Shown here in pieces: positions 46,509 to 56,834 of a stretch of 64,000 nucleotides of DNA (its first letter is position 1; every line of letters starts with the position of its first letter). A program made the position numbers and the translations under genes. Source of the DNA: an uncultured Gammaproteobacteria bacterium (lineage in GTDB: Bacteria > Patescibacteriota > Patescibacteriia > CAZSQN01); contig CAZSQN010000002.1 of the NCBI GenBank assembly GCA_964609095.1, positions 88,066 to 152,065 of the forward strand. The letters run 5' to 3'. The notes under the pieces are model-generated. The model made no database searches. It was not told the DNA's origin and saw only the letters and a program-made list of their open reading frames with translations.

Positions 46509-47684
46509 TTAAATCAATTTTTTTCTTAAAAGCTTCTCGTCTAAAGAGATTTTTTTTAGAACGGCGACAATCTTTTCCGCGGCCCGACCGTCTCCCAGGC
46601 GATAACCGCATTTTCTAAGTTTACCCGCAAAACTCTTATCTTCTAAAACATATTTGAGCGCGCCAATGATGGATTTTGTTTTGCCGTCGGAATCAACGAT
46701 ATTCTCTTCCCTGTCTCTGCCTTCTTGCCGCCTGCCGACGTTAACCGCCCCAAGATGCAAATAAGGCGCTTCAACAAAAGCGCAGGAAGAATTGCCGACA
46801 AGCGCGCCCGCGCCGGCAAGCAGCCCTAAAAAATCAAGATTATCTATGTTTTTCCGCACCAAAAATTGCGGGTCGTCGGAAATTTCCGAAATCGCGGAGA
46901 GCACGCCGTCGTATCCCGGATCGGAACAAGGATAAATAACAAGGGAACGGCCGCCAAAACTTTTAACCGCGGCAAATATATTGCGCGCCGCCCGGTAATT
47001 GCCCGCGCTTGTTAAATACGTATCCGGATGGTAAATGACGATAAAAAAATCTTCGCTTGGCCGCAGCCCGTATTTTGGCTTAACCAAACTTGTATCAGCA
47101 TACATTTGCTTGACGATCCTGTCAATGTAAAGCGAGCCAACCGGCTTTATGCGCCAGGCCTCTTCGCCCAAACGGCGAAGGCGGCCCGCGGCAACGGTTG
47201 TCTCCGGAAAATGAAAATGCGCCAATTTGGCAATAACATGCCTTTGCACATCGTCAATATTGCCGGATATCTCCCCGCCCTGCGTATGGAAAACCGGGAT
47301 TCCCAAATTCAAGGCCGCAAACCCGACCATCAAATGTTCTCCCCTGTCGGCATGGACCATAACAATATCCGGTTTCATTTTTTTAAGAGCCGAAGCCGCC
47401 TTTTGCTCGCAAACGCCAAGATTGCGCGCGCGGGAGAGCGATGAGTCGTCGCCTCCGGTGCCCATATCAATAAGCGTTATTTTGGAACGGGGAAAAAACT
47501 TTTTCACCTCATTTGCCGTAGCTCCGAACTCCTTTGAAGCGTGCATATCGCCGAGAAGCCACTGGAGTTCCAGCGACGGGTCGCTGTCAATCAGTTTCGC
47601 CAAAGGAAAATACGCTCCGAAACCGCCCCGCTTGCCGGAGAAAAGACAGATTTTTCTTTTTTGGACAGTTGTAGCACGGGACAT
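46509..47684 (-). CDS. neuC: hydrolysing UDP-GlcNAc 2-epimerase (NeuC/LegG family)
   Basis: MH....G.T, DR.E, H..GGE.SG.IDD..RH...KL.H.HF, GNSS, VG.RQ.GR. Confidence 0.9.
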   Translation of the reverse strand: MSRATTVQKRKICLFSGKRGGFGAYFPLAKLIDSDPSLELQWLLGDMHASKEFGATANEVKKFFPRSKITLIDMGTGGDDSSLSRARNLGVCEQKAASALKKMKPDIVMVHADRGEHLMVGFAALNLGIPVFHTQGGEISGNIDDVQRHVIAKLAHFHFPETTVAAGRLRRLGEEAWRIKPVGSLYIDRIVKQMYADTSLVKPKYGLRPSEDFFIVIYHPDTYLTSAGNYRAARNIFAAVKSFGGRSLVIYPCSDPGYDGVLSAISEISDDPQFLVRKNIDNLDFLGLLAGAGALVGNSSCAFVEAPYLHLGAVNVGRRQEGRDREENIVDSDGKTKSIIGALKYVLEDKSFAGKLRKCGYRLGDGRAAEKIVAVLKKISLDEKLLRKKLI

Positions 47685-47686
47685 AC

Positions 47687-49051
47687 TTAATCAAGCAATC
47701 CTACTATAAATTCTCCTATTCGTAAAGCCGCCTGGCCGTCAGGATTATTGCAGATAACTTTGCGCATAATCTCGCGGGCTTCCGCGTCTTCCTCCGGATG
47801 CCGCAAATACAAATTGATAAAATCCTTAAATTCCTCCATGCTCTTTGCCACTCTCACCCCGCCGGTGGCAACCACCCGCGTATAATAAGAGGTTTTGAAT
47901 AAATTATTTTCTATTGAATCCCTTTTCTTTAGTTTTTTATAGCCGTCAAAAGCGACGCAAATCACCGGTTTGCCCAAAGTGATCGCGTCCAAAGAGAGGG
48001 TTGAGGCGGGATTGACCGTCACATCAGAAACATTTAACAAATTCGCCAGATGAATCATATCCTCGCGCGTCGGGTCTCCAAGTTCGGTAAAAATATCCGA
48101 CCTTCTGTGCTTGTCATCAACATAAACATTGGGTTCTTTGGCGAAACGGGAAAATCTGTTGGCGCGGCCGTCGGCAAAATGCGAACGGATAATAAGCGAG
48201 CAGGGAAAAGCGGTTTCTCCGGAATTTACCATTTTTGCCAAAATATCCGCGATGTCCTCATCATTGGGGCCGAAAAATCCTCCGGAACCGAAAAAAATAA
48301 CTTTTCTTGACGGATCAAGGCCAAGCGATTTTAAGAAACTGCCGCGTTCGGCAAAAATCCGCTCGGAATAAATATCAAACTGCGGAAAGCCCAAAACCCT
48401 GATGCGCTCCTTTGGGAAAAGCTGGGATTTGGAAGCCAGCGTCTTTAAGCTTTCATTGTAAACAATGAGCCAGTCGGGAGCGACGCGAAATAAGTATTTA
48501 TCAAACGTGTCCCAGCTTTTGGGCATAGCCACGGTTTTAACACCGCGCCTTTTCGCCTCTTTGAGCATCATCATATCAACATTGCCCAAAATAGAAGTTG
48601 AAAAAACTAAGTCCGGATTATATTTGTCAAAAAAATGTTTGTAATACCTGTCGCGGTAAAAAGTATATTCCATCCAACGAAACGCTTTTTTGACCGATCC
48701 AAACCTGGAAAAAATACGTCCGCACAAAATCCAAATTAAAAAATTCTTTAAGGAGCGTTTTCTCCGTCCATTGCCGTAACGGGCGTGGATGTAAGCGGTT
48801 TCGGTATCCACCATGTTAATCATCAATTGGGTAAAGACATTGCGCCTAAACCAGCCGGGAATAATCTTTTTAATCGGCTCAAAAACAACATTGCCATAAT
48901 TAAATTCCCGGCGGTATTCGTCCGGAATGCGGTCTGGTAAAAAAATAACTATGCGCAAATTGGGATGCTCCCGGATAACTTTAAAAACCGCGGTTCGGAG
49001 CACATTTCTCGCCGGAATACCCTGGGTAATGACGATAAATAAGGTCTTCAT
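47687..49051 (-). CDS. TagB/TagF-like GT-B transferase, paralog 1
   Basis: RN.LR, SWD...K, G.PQFD.Y, R.H, ST..LDA...GKPVI. Confidence 0.7.
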   Translation of the reverse strand: MKTLFIVITQGIPARNVLRTAVFKVIREHPNLRIVIFLPDRIPDEYRREFNYGNVVFEPIKKIIPGWFRRNVFTQLMINMVDTETAYIHARYGNGRRKRSLKNFLIWILCGRIFSRFGSVKKAFRWMEYTFYRDRYYKHFFDKYNPDLVFSTSILGNVDMMMLKEAKRRGVKTVAMPKSWDTFDKYLFRVAPDWLIVYNESLKTLASKSQLFPKERIRVLGFPQFDIYSERIFAERGSFLKSLGLDPSRKVIFFGSGGFFGPNDEDIADILAKMVNSGETAFPCSLIIRSHFADGRANRFSRFAKEPNVYVDDKHRRSDIFTELGDPTREDMIHLANLLNVSDVTVNPASTLSLDAITLGKPVICVAFDGYKKLKKRDSIENNLFKTSYYTRVVATGGVRVAKSMEEFKDFINLYLRHPEEDAEAREIMRKVICNNPDGQAALRIGEFIVGLLD

Positions 49052-49926
49052 AAAAATTTATTGACAAATTTTGCCGGCAAATTTTTGACTTTATGGGCCG
49101 GCGGGAGCAGGGTCTCAAAAAATCTGATAATTTGGATTTTTTTTCTAAATTTTTTTAAGTCGGGCTTTATTCCAAACTCCGCCGAGGCAACTGCCGGACG
49201 CGCGTCATCCATTCTCGCGGCAATAACTCTAATCGCTCTCGCGCCATCGGTCAAAGCAAATTTGATGATTTTTAGACCGGCTTTGGAAAGAACTAAATTT
49301 AAAGTGTGGGGGCTGTAATGGAAAAGGTGCCCCGGCTTAAAATAGCTGATGATATTTTTATTAATGCTTTCCACATTGGGAACTTCAATATAAATCATCC
49401 CTCCGTTTCCAAGCAAATCGCGGAGCGCTTCAAATTTTACGAGAGGGTCAGGCAGGTGTTCAAGCACATGGCGAAGCACGAAGAGATTAAATTTTTTATC
49501 TTTATTCGTCTCCACAAATTTCGACAGCGACGAAACAACTATTTTGGCGCGGGAAACCCGGCCGGCAAACTGCGCGGCGGCGCCATCCGGTTCAAGTCCG
49601 ATAAGTTCGGCGGATGTTCTCTCTTCAAGCGCTTTGAGCAAACGGCCATAGCCGCAGCCGATGTCAGCTATTCTGTCCGCGGCGTTCATTTCCTTTATGT
49701 ATTCATCCGCGAAATCAAGCGCGTCGGCATATTTATACAATGACTTCATCAGATTATCGCTTTCATTCGGAGCCCTGTTCCATTCCAAAACAGAATAATC
49801 TCCGGAAGTAAAAAGCAGGCCGCAATTCCGGCAGCCGGCAAGAACCGCCTCCGGTTTCCGGCGCAAAACGCAAATCAACATTTTCAAATCCGGACCGGCA
49901 TTACATAAAACGCAGTTCAACCGCAT
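49048..49926 (-). CDS. class I SAM methyltransferase with CxxC/CxxC
   Basis: DIGCGYG, HVLEH, EVPN, H..HYS. Confidence 0.85.
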   Translation of the reverse strand: MRLNCVLCNAGPDLKMLICVLRRKPEAVLAGCRNCGLLFTSGDYSVLEWNRAPNESDNLMKSLYKYADALDFADEYIKEMNAADRIADIGCGYGRLLKALEERTSAELIGLEPDGAAAQFAGRVSRAKIVVSSLSKFVETNKDKKFNLFVLRHVLEHLPDPLVKFEALRDLLGNGGMIYIEVPNVESINKNIISYFKPGHLFHYSPHTLNLVLSKAGLKIIKFALTDGARAIRVIAARMDDARPAVASAEFGIKPDLKKFRKKIQIIRFFETLLPPAHKVKNLPAKFVNKFL

Positions 49927-49931
49927 ATAAA

Positions 49932-50951
49932 TTAAATCAATCTAAAAACTATATATTTAAAAAATCTTTTAATCATAGCCAAAACAAAGGGCCGATTCGC
50001 AAAAACGCGCTTCAAAAAGACAAAAATTGCGCGCGCTTTTTCATTTATCTTTATCTTGCGCGCAAGCCTGAGCACATCCGAACCGCGCAAAAAAAATTCA
50101 AAAGGCATCGGCGGCCGATGGTCATTTGCCGGCGCGGCGACAAAGTTTATGCCTCTTTTTAACGGCCCTCTTAAAGACGAATCGGCCGTAAAATCCAAAA
50201 TCTTGAATCCGGCCTTAAAAAGCAGGAGAAACATAGTCCAAGGACTATAAGCGTAGACATGACGGAGAGAAACATGCTTATGCCCCAAGCTGGCGTCCGG
50301 AACGGCGATGTAAACGGCGCCTCCGGGCCTAAGCAGTTTTCGCAGCTTGCCAAGCGCGGCCACGGGGTCAAGCATATGTTCAAAAACATGGTGTAAGATA
50401 ATAAAATCAAATTCCCCATTATGAGCGCCAATGGAACAAAAATCATCAAGGCCTCCATTATAAATGTTAACGCCAAAAATCTTTCTGCCTATGTCGGCCA
50501 CGCTTTTATGCGGCTCTATGCCCAGCGCTTCGCAATGATATTTATCGCGAATGCGCCGCAAGGTGGTGGCAAAACCGCAGCCGACCTCCAGCGCCTTGGA
50601 GCCGGGCTTAATCCAGTTCGCGAGAGAAGCGACAAAAGCGTCTCTTTTCGGAGAGTCGGCGTCTTCTTCTTTAATCTTCCGTTCCAAATCGTCTTCCCTC
50701 GCGCGGCGCGCTTCCTGCCAATATTGCTCGCCGTAAAACCGGCGATAAAAATCAGCGTTGGGACGCGGACTTAAATAAACCAGGCCGCAAACCTTGCAGA
50801 TAACCGCCTGGCCGCCTTTGGGCGCCTCAAGACACGGAAGATTAATAACTTCTTGCGAATCGCAAATAGCGCAAGAAACTGTTTCAAAGCCGTAATCAAA
50901 ATTTTCTCTTTGCGGAGGATCATTATAAAATGTTGTCTTGATGTTTGGCAT
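49932..50951 (-). CDS. class I SAM methyltransferase with CxxC/CxxC
   Basis: CAIC, CKVCGL, LEVGCG, HVFEH, LRPGG. Confidence 0.85.
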   Translation of the reverse strand: MPNIKTTFYNDPPQRENFDYGFETVSCAICDSQEVINLPCLEAPKGGQAVICKVCGLVYLSPRPNADFYRRFYGEQYWQEARRAREDDLERKIKEEDADSPKRDAFVASLANWIKPGSKALEVGCGFATTLRRIRDKYHCEALGIEPHKSVADIGRKIFGVNIYNGGLDDFCSIGAHNGEFDFIILHHVFEHMLDPVAALGKLRKLLRPGGAVYIAVPDASLGHKHVSLRHVYAYSPWTMFLLLFKAGFKILDFTADSSLRGPLKRGINFVAAPANDHRPPMPFEFFLRGSDVLRLARKIKINEKARAIFVFLKRVFANRPFVLAMIKRFFKYIVFRLI

Positions 50952-50956
50952 AAAAT

Positions 50957-52312
50957 TTACTTCAACAATGATTGCAAAAAAGCCGCGATGCGGACAGAGG
51001 ATCGTCCATCCAATTTATAGCACATTCTGGAGCGTAAAAACTCCCGCCCAGCTTTATCCAGCTCTGGGTTTTCCAAATAAGCATTGACATGTTTCTTTAA
51101 AGCATCGGGCCCATCGGCTGCGCGAACGCCTCCGCTTTTCACCACCTTCTGATAATAAGACGTATTTAAAAGCGCCGAACCGTGTTCATCCTCTTTTAAA
51201 GCCACGCAAATCACCGGCTTATCAAATACCGCGGCATCAAGCGAGAGGCTTGAAGACGGATTAATAGTCACATCGGCAGAACGCAAAAAGTTTCCGAGCA
51301 ATTCCATGTCGCTTTTTTGCGGATCGGCCACGTTGCCGTAATCAGGCAATCGTTTAACGCTGTCATCAACGTAGACATTTGGCAATCCGGCAAAACAGTT
51401 AAACCTGACGGCGTTCTTATCTAAAAAATGCGGCCTGATTATAAGCGAACATTGTTTAACAAGCTGATTATCTTTGATAAAATCGTACAAAAAATTACCG
51501 ATATCCATATCGGAAGGCCCGTACAGTCCGCCGGAACCAAAAAAGATAACCTTACGGCCCGGATTAAGGCCCAATCCCAAAAGAAACGCGTCCCTGTCAA
51601 ACGGCTTTTTCATCTGCTCAACATAAGTATCAAAGTTAGGAAACCCGGTGACCGTTATTCCAGATTCCGGCACATCCTGAGATTTTACCGCTACTTGTTT
51701 CAAATCTTCGTTTTGCGCCATAAGATAATCGGGCTTAACGGGAAAAAGATATTTTTCAAAAGTATCCCATCCTTTGGGCATGGAAACCGTAGTAATGCCC
51801 CGCCTTTTCGCCTGCTTCAAAAGCATGACATCATACTTATTCATAATAGAAGTGGAAAAAACAACATCCGGCTTATACTTTTCAAAAATAGACTCATAAA
51901 CCATATCTTCCCTAAACAAAAACATCTCCAAACGCCTAAAAAATCTTTTGACCGTATTCAAACGGCCAAAAAGAGCGGACCAAACTATAAGAAAACCCAG
52001 ATAAAATAAGCTTCTGCCCTTCCCCGCTTGCCCGTAATGCGCCTTAAACATGGCAATGTCGCTATGAATAAGCGGCAGAATCAGATTATTAAAAAAAAGT
52101 TTCAACCGCGTGGTTGATTGTTCCTCCAAGCCAATAAAGGCGACATTGGACGCCAGAAATTCCCGCTCAAACTCGGGCGGCACATGACCGGTAGTTAATA
52201 TGTATATAAAAACATCCGGCGTCTCCTTAATAAGAGGTAAAACATCCGTGCGCAAAATATTTCTGGCAACCAAACCCGGCTCAGCGCGTATAAAAATATT
52301 TTTTCTTTGCAT
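50957..52312 (-). CDS. TagB/TagF-like GT-B transferase, paralog 2
   Basis: shares RN.LR, MPK.WDTF.KYLF, FFGSGG, SS.SLDA...DKPVI with 47687-49051. Confidence 0.7.
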   Translation of the reverse strand: MQRKNIFIRAEPGLVARNILRTDVLPLIKETPDVFIYILTTGHVPPEFEREFLASNVAFIGLEEQSTTRLKLFFNNLILPLIHSDIAMFKAHYGQAGKGRSLFYLGFLIVWSALFGRLNTVKRFFRRLEMFLFREDMVYESIFEKYKPDVVFSTSIMNKYDVMLLKQAKRRGITTVSMPKGWDTFEKYLFPVKPDYLMAQNEDLKQVAVKSQDVPESGITVTGFPNFDTYVEQMKKPFDRDAFLLGLGLNPGRKVIFFGSGGLYGPSDMDIGNFLYDFIKDNQLVKQCSLIIRPHFLDKNAVRFNCFAGLPNVYVDDSVKRLPDYGNVADPQKSDMELLGNFLRSADVTINPSSSLSLDAAVFDKPVICVALKEDEHGSALLNTSYYQKVVKSGGVRAADGPDALKKHVNAYLENPELDKAGREFLRSRMCYKLDGRSSVRIAAFLQSLLK

Positions 52313-52345
52313 AAAACCGGAAGCTGGAATTATTCGGACAGGGAT

Positions 52346-53356
52346 TTATTTGTTCGTAAACATGCTTTTGGCGTATTCATCCACAAAATCGCAGCTGTTG
52401 CACAGAGGATTCTTTTTTTTGAAATAAGCCCGTAAAAACGCCAGTCGCTTTGGGGCTTTCCAAACATCCTCAAGAGTTTTTTCCAAAACATTGCCCCAGC
52501 TGTATTTGCCGTCAAAATCAAAACAGCACGGCGCCACTTCCCCGCCGGCCAAAATGGAGCACTGGCTGAACTGCGGACAAAATCCCATATTCTTATAATA
52601 ACGCGAATCATCTTTATTCTGTAATCTCTGAAAATAGGCGTCGTCCGGCAGGAAGTCGGAAATCAGCTTATCCGTTTTGTCCAGTTCCCGCCCCATGTTC
52701 GGCGCCTTAATGGCGTATTCGTCAACTCCAATTTCTTTAAGAAAATCAACAATCTTTCCTATTTCGTGCTGGTTGTGCTTAAACACAAGGGTCTGGACTC
52801 TTAATCGCGGATATTTAAGTCCGCGCCTTTTTTTCTCCGCGGTAATTTTCTTGATATTTTCTATGACGACATTAAATTTTCCTCCGACGCGGTATTTTTC
52901 ATGCGTTTCCGGGCTGAAGCCGTCAAGCACCATCTGCAAACTGGTCAGGCCCGAATTCAAAATATCATCAACGTAATGCCCGACCAGCATGGTATTGGAA
53001 GAAATGTGCGTTTTAATGCCGCGCTCGGCGCAGGCCTTAATCATCTTAAAAATATCCTTGTTCAAAAACGGCTCGCCCATCAGATAAAAAGATATGGCTT
53101 TGGCATGCTTTTCTATTTTGGAAAGTATTTGAGAAAATCTTTCAAAATCCATATGTTCCAGCTTGCGCTTCATAATAGTGTGCCACGGACACATCGGGCA
53201 TTTATGATTGCAGATATTGGTGGCTTCAACAATAAAAGAAGTGGGCAACTTTCGCGCCATAATCCATACTTTTAAACCGAGCGGGAGCTTCTTAAATAAC
53301 CTGATTTTCCAATGCTCTTTCTTTGTTTTTTTATCTTTTTGAGGGCTTTCCACCAT
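52346..53356 (-). CDS. radical SAM enzyme with SPASM/Twitch domain
   Basis: CNHKCPMC, GEP, C...G.V.PCC.D..GN....W...C..C. Confidence 0.92.
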   Translation of the reverse strand: MVESPQKDKKTKKEHWKIRLFKKLPLGLKVWIMARKLPTSFIVEATNICNHKCPMCPWHTIMKRKLEHMDFERFSQILSKIEKHAKAISFYLMGEPFLNKDIFKMIKACAERGIKTHISSNTMLVGHYVDDILNSGLTSLQMVLDGFSPETHEKYRVGGKFNVVIENIKKITAEKKRRGLKYPRLRVQTLVFKHNQHEIGKIVDFLKEIGVDEYAIKAPNMGRELDKTDKLISDFLPDDAYFQRLQNKDDSRYYKNMGFCPQFSQCSILAGGEVAPCCFDFDGKYSWGNVLEKTLEDVWKAPKRLAFLRAYFKKKNPLCNSCDFVDEYAKSMFTNK

Positions 53357-53397
53357 AAATTTTACGCTTAATTATAAAATATATAATAACCAAAATT

Positions 53398-54771
53398 TTA
53401 GACCGCGTCAATCTTATTAGAATCCGTTGACGGACGGAATTTGCTTATAAGAAAACTGATTAACTTGCGGTCATAATTGTCAAAAACAAAGAAGCTCCTG
53501 GCGCTGATCGTGGGAAGATTGTGCTTTTTTCTAAGATGCCTCTCGCAAATAACCGTAAAGGCGGCCATGCGCAAAAATTCCGCGTAAATAATGCCGACGG
53601 GCCCGGAAAAAAACAGTAGCAAAGGCATGGAAATAAGGTATAAAACCTTGGAGATATTGGCGACGGTAAAAATGAATTTCTGGTCCTTGACCGCGTAAAG
53701 CAAATCTTCCTGGCCAAAAGCCAGAAGATGAAACACGAACATCAGCAGATAAATTTTGAAAAAAGGCAGAGCGCCGATAAATTTAGGCAAAAGCCATTCT
53801 ATGACCGGAGGCGCAAAGAAGTAAGCGCCGAGTCCAAAAACCAGGTAAATCAGCGCCAGATATTTTTTTGCTTTCTGAACTATAAAAACAGCCGTTCCCG
53901 GTTCGGATATTTTCCTTGACACCACGGGGAAAATAACAGCCGCAACCGGAACCAAGCCCAAAAGCACTTCGTACAAATCTTTGCCCGTGGCGTAAAACGC
54001 CAGCGCGGCTTTGCTGAAAAATATGCCGATAATCAAAGGCCCTAAAGGCCTGACGGCTTGGTTCAGCAATGTTTCAAAAATCCTCCACTTTCCGTGTCCG
54101 GCCACCACCCTCCACAAGACGCCGGCGGAAGCAATTTGGACGCCTCTAAGGTAGCCCAACGCCTTAACGGCAAAAGGCAAACTGACGGCTACCACGACCA
54201 TTTTTGAAAGGACATAAGAAGCAAGAAGCGTGGTCGTGTTTAATCCGCCGGTCAAAATAAAAAAACTGGCGCCGGCTAATTTGCTTGCCGATTCAATAAC
54301 CGGCAGAAAAGCAAAGTCCTTAAATCGTTCATGGCTTCTAAAAATCTGCTGAAAGAAAACCTGCGCGACCTGCAAAACAAGAAGCGCGATAAATAAAACA
54401 AAAAACAAAGTTTGCTCCACTCCGAGAACCGCTCCGATCACCGGCTTAAAAGGAATAACCAGCAGGGCAAACAGCGCGGTAAGCGCAAAAGATGCCTTAA
54501 AATATTCAAGCATCAGCCGCTTTATGACATCAAATCTCCTTTCGCCTATGAGCCGCGCCACCTCGGAAATAATAAGCTCGTTAATCCCAAAAAGCGGGAT
54601 GGAAGCAAGGGGCGAGATCAAAGAGAGCGAGAGCAGAACCGTGCCGTAATCGCTGACGGAGATATTTCTTAAAACTATAAAAGCCGACGCCAAAGAAACC
54701 AGGCGCAGGACAATGTTTGCTCCGCCAAGCCACATCAGACCTCCGACTATTTTGCGTTTTAGGGAAACCAT
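53398..54771 (-). CDS. wzx: Wzx/MOP-family oligosaccharide flippase
   Basis: about 12 TM segments; DYG after TM1; glycan-locus context. Confidence 0.75.
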   Translation of the reverse strand: MVSLKRKIVGGLMWLGGANIVLRLVSLASAFIVLRNISVSDYGTVLLSLSLISPLASIPLFGINELIISEVARLIGERRFDVIKRLMLEYFKASFALTALFALLVIPFKPVIGAVLGVEQTLFFVLFIALLVLQVAQVFFQQIFRSHERFKDFAFLPVIESASKLAGASFFILTGGLNTTTLLASYVLSKMVVVAVSLPFAVKALGYLRGVQIASAGVLWRVVAGHGKWRIFETLLNQAVRPLGPLIIGIFFSKAALAFYATGKDLYEVLLGLVPVAAVIFPVVSRKISEPGTAVFIVQKAKKYLALIYLVFGLGAYFFAPPVIEWLLPKFIGALPFFKIYLLMFVFHLLAFGQEDLLYAVKDQKFIFTVANISKVLYLISMPLLLFFSGPVGIIYAEFLRMAAFTVICERHLRKKHNLPTISARSFFVFDNYDRKLISFLISKFRPSTDSNKIDAV

Positions 54772-54782
54772 GAAACGGATGA

Positions 54783-56165
54783 TTAAGTATCGGCGCGCCG
54801 GATTTGCGCGATCGCCTCCGCAATCCGGTCGCCTACATGGCCGTCATATTTATAAACAATTTTTCGCCGCAATTGCTCGCGCTCCGCCGCTTCCGCTTCC
54901 GGATGAAGCAAATACCGGTTAATTTCGCTAATAAGCGAATCAGGACCGTCTGCCAATCTTATGGCGCCGGTTTTAAGCCAATAGTCATGATGGTCGTATT
55001 CTTTGTAAAACTGATTTTTAGAAGTGAAATACGGCGTCGGCAAAAGATCAAAATTTAAAGAAATCACCGGCTTGTCCAAGCAAGAGACGTCAAAAGCAAA
55101 AGTGGAACCGGTCATCACCGTTAGCGAGCTGTGATAAATAAGATTGGCAAGCCAAATGATATTCTCGCGAGACGGATACCATTTATCCACAAACGCGGAC
55201 TGGTCCGTGCGGGAATCATCTATATAGACCTCCGCGTTGCCGATAAATTTCTTAAACGGATTGTTCGTATCGCGGGGATGAATGCGGGCAACGATGCTTA
55301 CCGGTTTTACAAATCTATTTTCATGTTTGGCGTTTAAAAGCAAATCAACCATTTCAGCGTCATCCCGGCTTTGCGCCGCCTCTGAAGCGTAAAGGACTAT
55401 ATTTGAAGCCGGATCAACGTTGATTTTTTTGCAAAACTCGGCGCGGGACGTAAAAATTGAAGCATCGTGATAAATATCATATTGGGAAATGCCCACCGGC
55501 AAAACGCGCTCCGGCTTAAAATTATTATGCGTTAACGCCTCTTGCTTCATAAGTTCATTCCAAACCAAAAGCAAATCCGGTTTGGCTCTGATTACTCCTT
55601 TTGAAGTAAGGTTGTCTATGGAAAGCACGCAGCCGATGCTTGGCACGCCTTGCGCTTTCGCGCGTTTGATAAACCGATGCTCCATCTGAACATGAGTTGA
55701 GACGGCCGCGTCCGGCTTATGTTCATCAAAAATTTTTTTAAAAATCTTGTCGGGAAAAAATTTGTCGTCCAGCCGCCGCAATAATTCCAACGCTCTCATG
55801 TTTCCGCGCAAAAAAAAGTGCGGCATGGAAAGAGCCGCGTAGAGCAGGTATTTTTTCCTAAGAAGCATTTTCTTTTTAAACCAGCGGACTGTCCTGGTGT
55901 TTAACGTGCTGTTTATAAGCGCGACCAAAAATCTTTCGGCAAAACCGCGGCCGTGATTTATTAAATAAAGTTTGCCGTAATCCGGATAAGGAATAAGAGT
56001 TATTTTTTCTCCCTTGTAAACCTCGCGCAAAAGGCGAAAACCGCTCTCCGGAGCGGCAATAATAATGTCGCATCCGCGGGCAAGCAATTTTTCAATGACC
56101 CCCGCGGAAATCATGTTGCGCGCGGCAATGCCAAAGGGAAAAGTGATAAGAATTTTTTTGGACAT
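54783..56165 (-). CDS. TagB/TagF-like GT-B transferase, paralog 3
   Basis: ARN, S.DNLTSKG, VWN, QYD.Y, RIHP, ST...D....KPVI. Confidence 0.7.
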   Translation of the reverse strand: MSKKILITFPFGIAARNMISAGVIEKLLARGCDIIIAAPESGFRLLREVYKGEKITLIPYPDYGKLYLINHGRGFAERFLVALINSTLNTRTVRWFKKKMLLRKKYLLYAALSMPHFFLRGNMRALELLRRLDDKFFPDKIFKKIFDEHKPDAAVSTHVQMEHRFIKRAKAQGVPSIGCVLSIDNLTSKGVIRAKPDLLLVWNELMKQEALTHNNFKPERVLPVGISQYDIYHDASIFTSRAEFCKKINVDPASNIVLYASEAAQSRDDAEMVDLLLNAKHENRFVKPVSIVARIHPRDTNNPFKKFIGNAEVYIDDSRTDQSAFVDKWYPSRENIIWLANLIYHSSLTVMTGSTFAFDVSCLDKPVISLNFDLLPTPYFTSKNQFYKEYDHHDYWLKTGAIRLADGPDSLISEINRYLLHPEAEAAEREQLRRKIVYKYDGHVGDRIAEAIAQIRRADT

Positions 56166-56168
56166 AAA

Positions 56169-56831
56169 TTACGGCGCCACGCGCGCCTTTTCCTTTTCAC
56201 AAACAAAATAATATCCGCTGGACATAAGCCGATCTATTTTTATATTTTTTTTAATATTGCCGAATTCATCGCGGATCAAAAAACTTAATTTAGGCAGGAG
56301 AAATCCCAACATTGCCCAAACTAACTTAAATAATCTGTTTGGACTGCTTGTCTGAAACGCGATCCTCTGAAAAATGACCGACAGCGCGCCCAAGGTATCC
56401 GTTTCAGGGAAACATTCAACGATGCGCCATTCCCGCAGCAGATAGCGCAGGCCGTATTCGGTAAAACGCCAAAAATCCCCCGGCGCGTCATGAATGGGGT
56501 ATAAAAACCGCGTTGTTAAAATCAATTTGCCGCCCGGACGGAGAACTCTTTTCATTTCGGCGATTGCCCGCTCCGGACTCTTCAGATGCTCAAGAACCTC
56601 TATGCACAAAACAAGGTCAAAACTGTTATCGGGAAACGGCAGCGCGTGAGCGTCGCCGACAATATCTACTCCAATGCCCGGTGCCGCATCCAGACAAACG
56701 CGGCTGGGAAAATGCGGCGCGTAAGAAGCCGCCGAACCGCACCCGACATCAAGAACGCGGCCGGCGCTTCCGTGGCGCGAGATAAATTCGTCCAGATTTC
56801 TGCGGGTTAATTTTTCCTTAAAAAATTTCAT
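56169..56831 (-). CDS. class I SAM methyltransferase (type 11-like)
   Basis: VLDVGCG, GDAH.LPF, EVLEH, RVLRPGG, H..P.DFWRFT. Confidence 0.88.
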   Translation of the reverse strand: MKFFKEKLTRRNLDEFISRHGSAGRVLDVGCGSAASYAPHFPSRVCLDAAPGIGVDIVGDAHALPFPDNSFDLVLCIEVLEHLKSPERAIAEMKRVLRPGGKLILTTRFLYPIHDAPGDFWRFTEYGLRYLLREWRIVECFPETDTLGALSVIFQRIAFQTSSPNRLFKLVWAMLGFLLPKLSFLIRDEFGNIKKNIKIDRLMSSGYYFVCEKEKARVAP

Positions 56832-56834
56832 TTG

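Noticed and set aside
47687-56165. Wall teichoic acid locus
   Set aside because: No tagA/tagD/tagGH recognised in the window; neu genes offer a better donor, though this is untested
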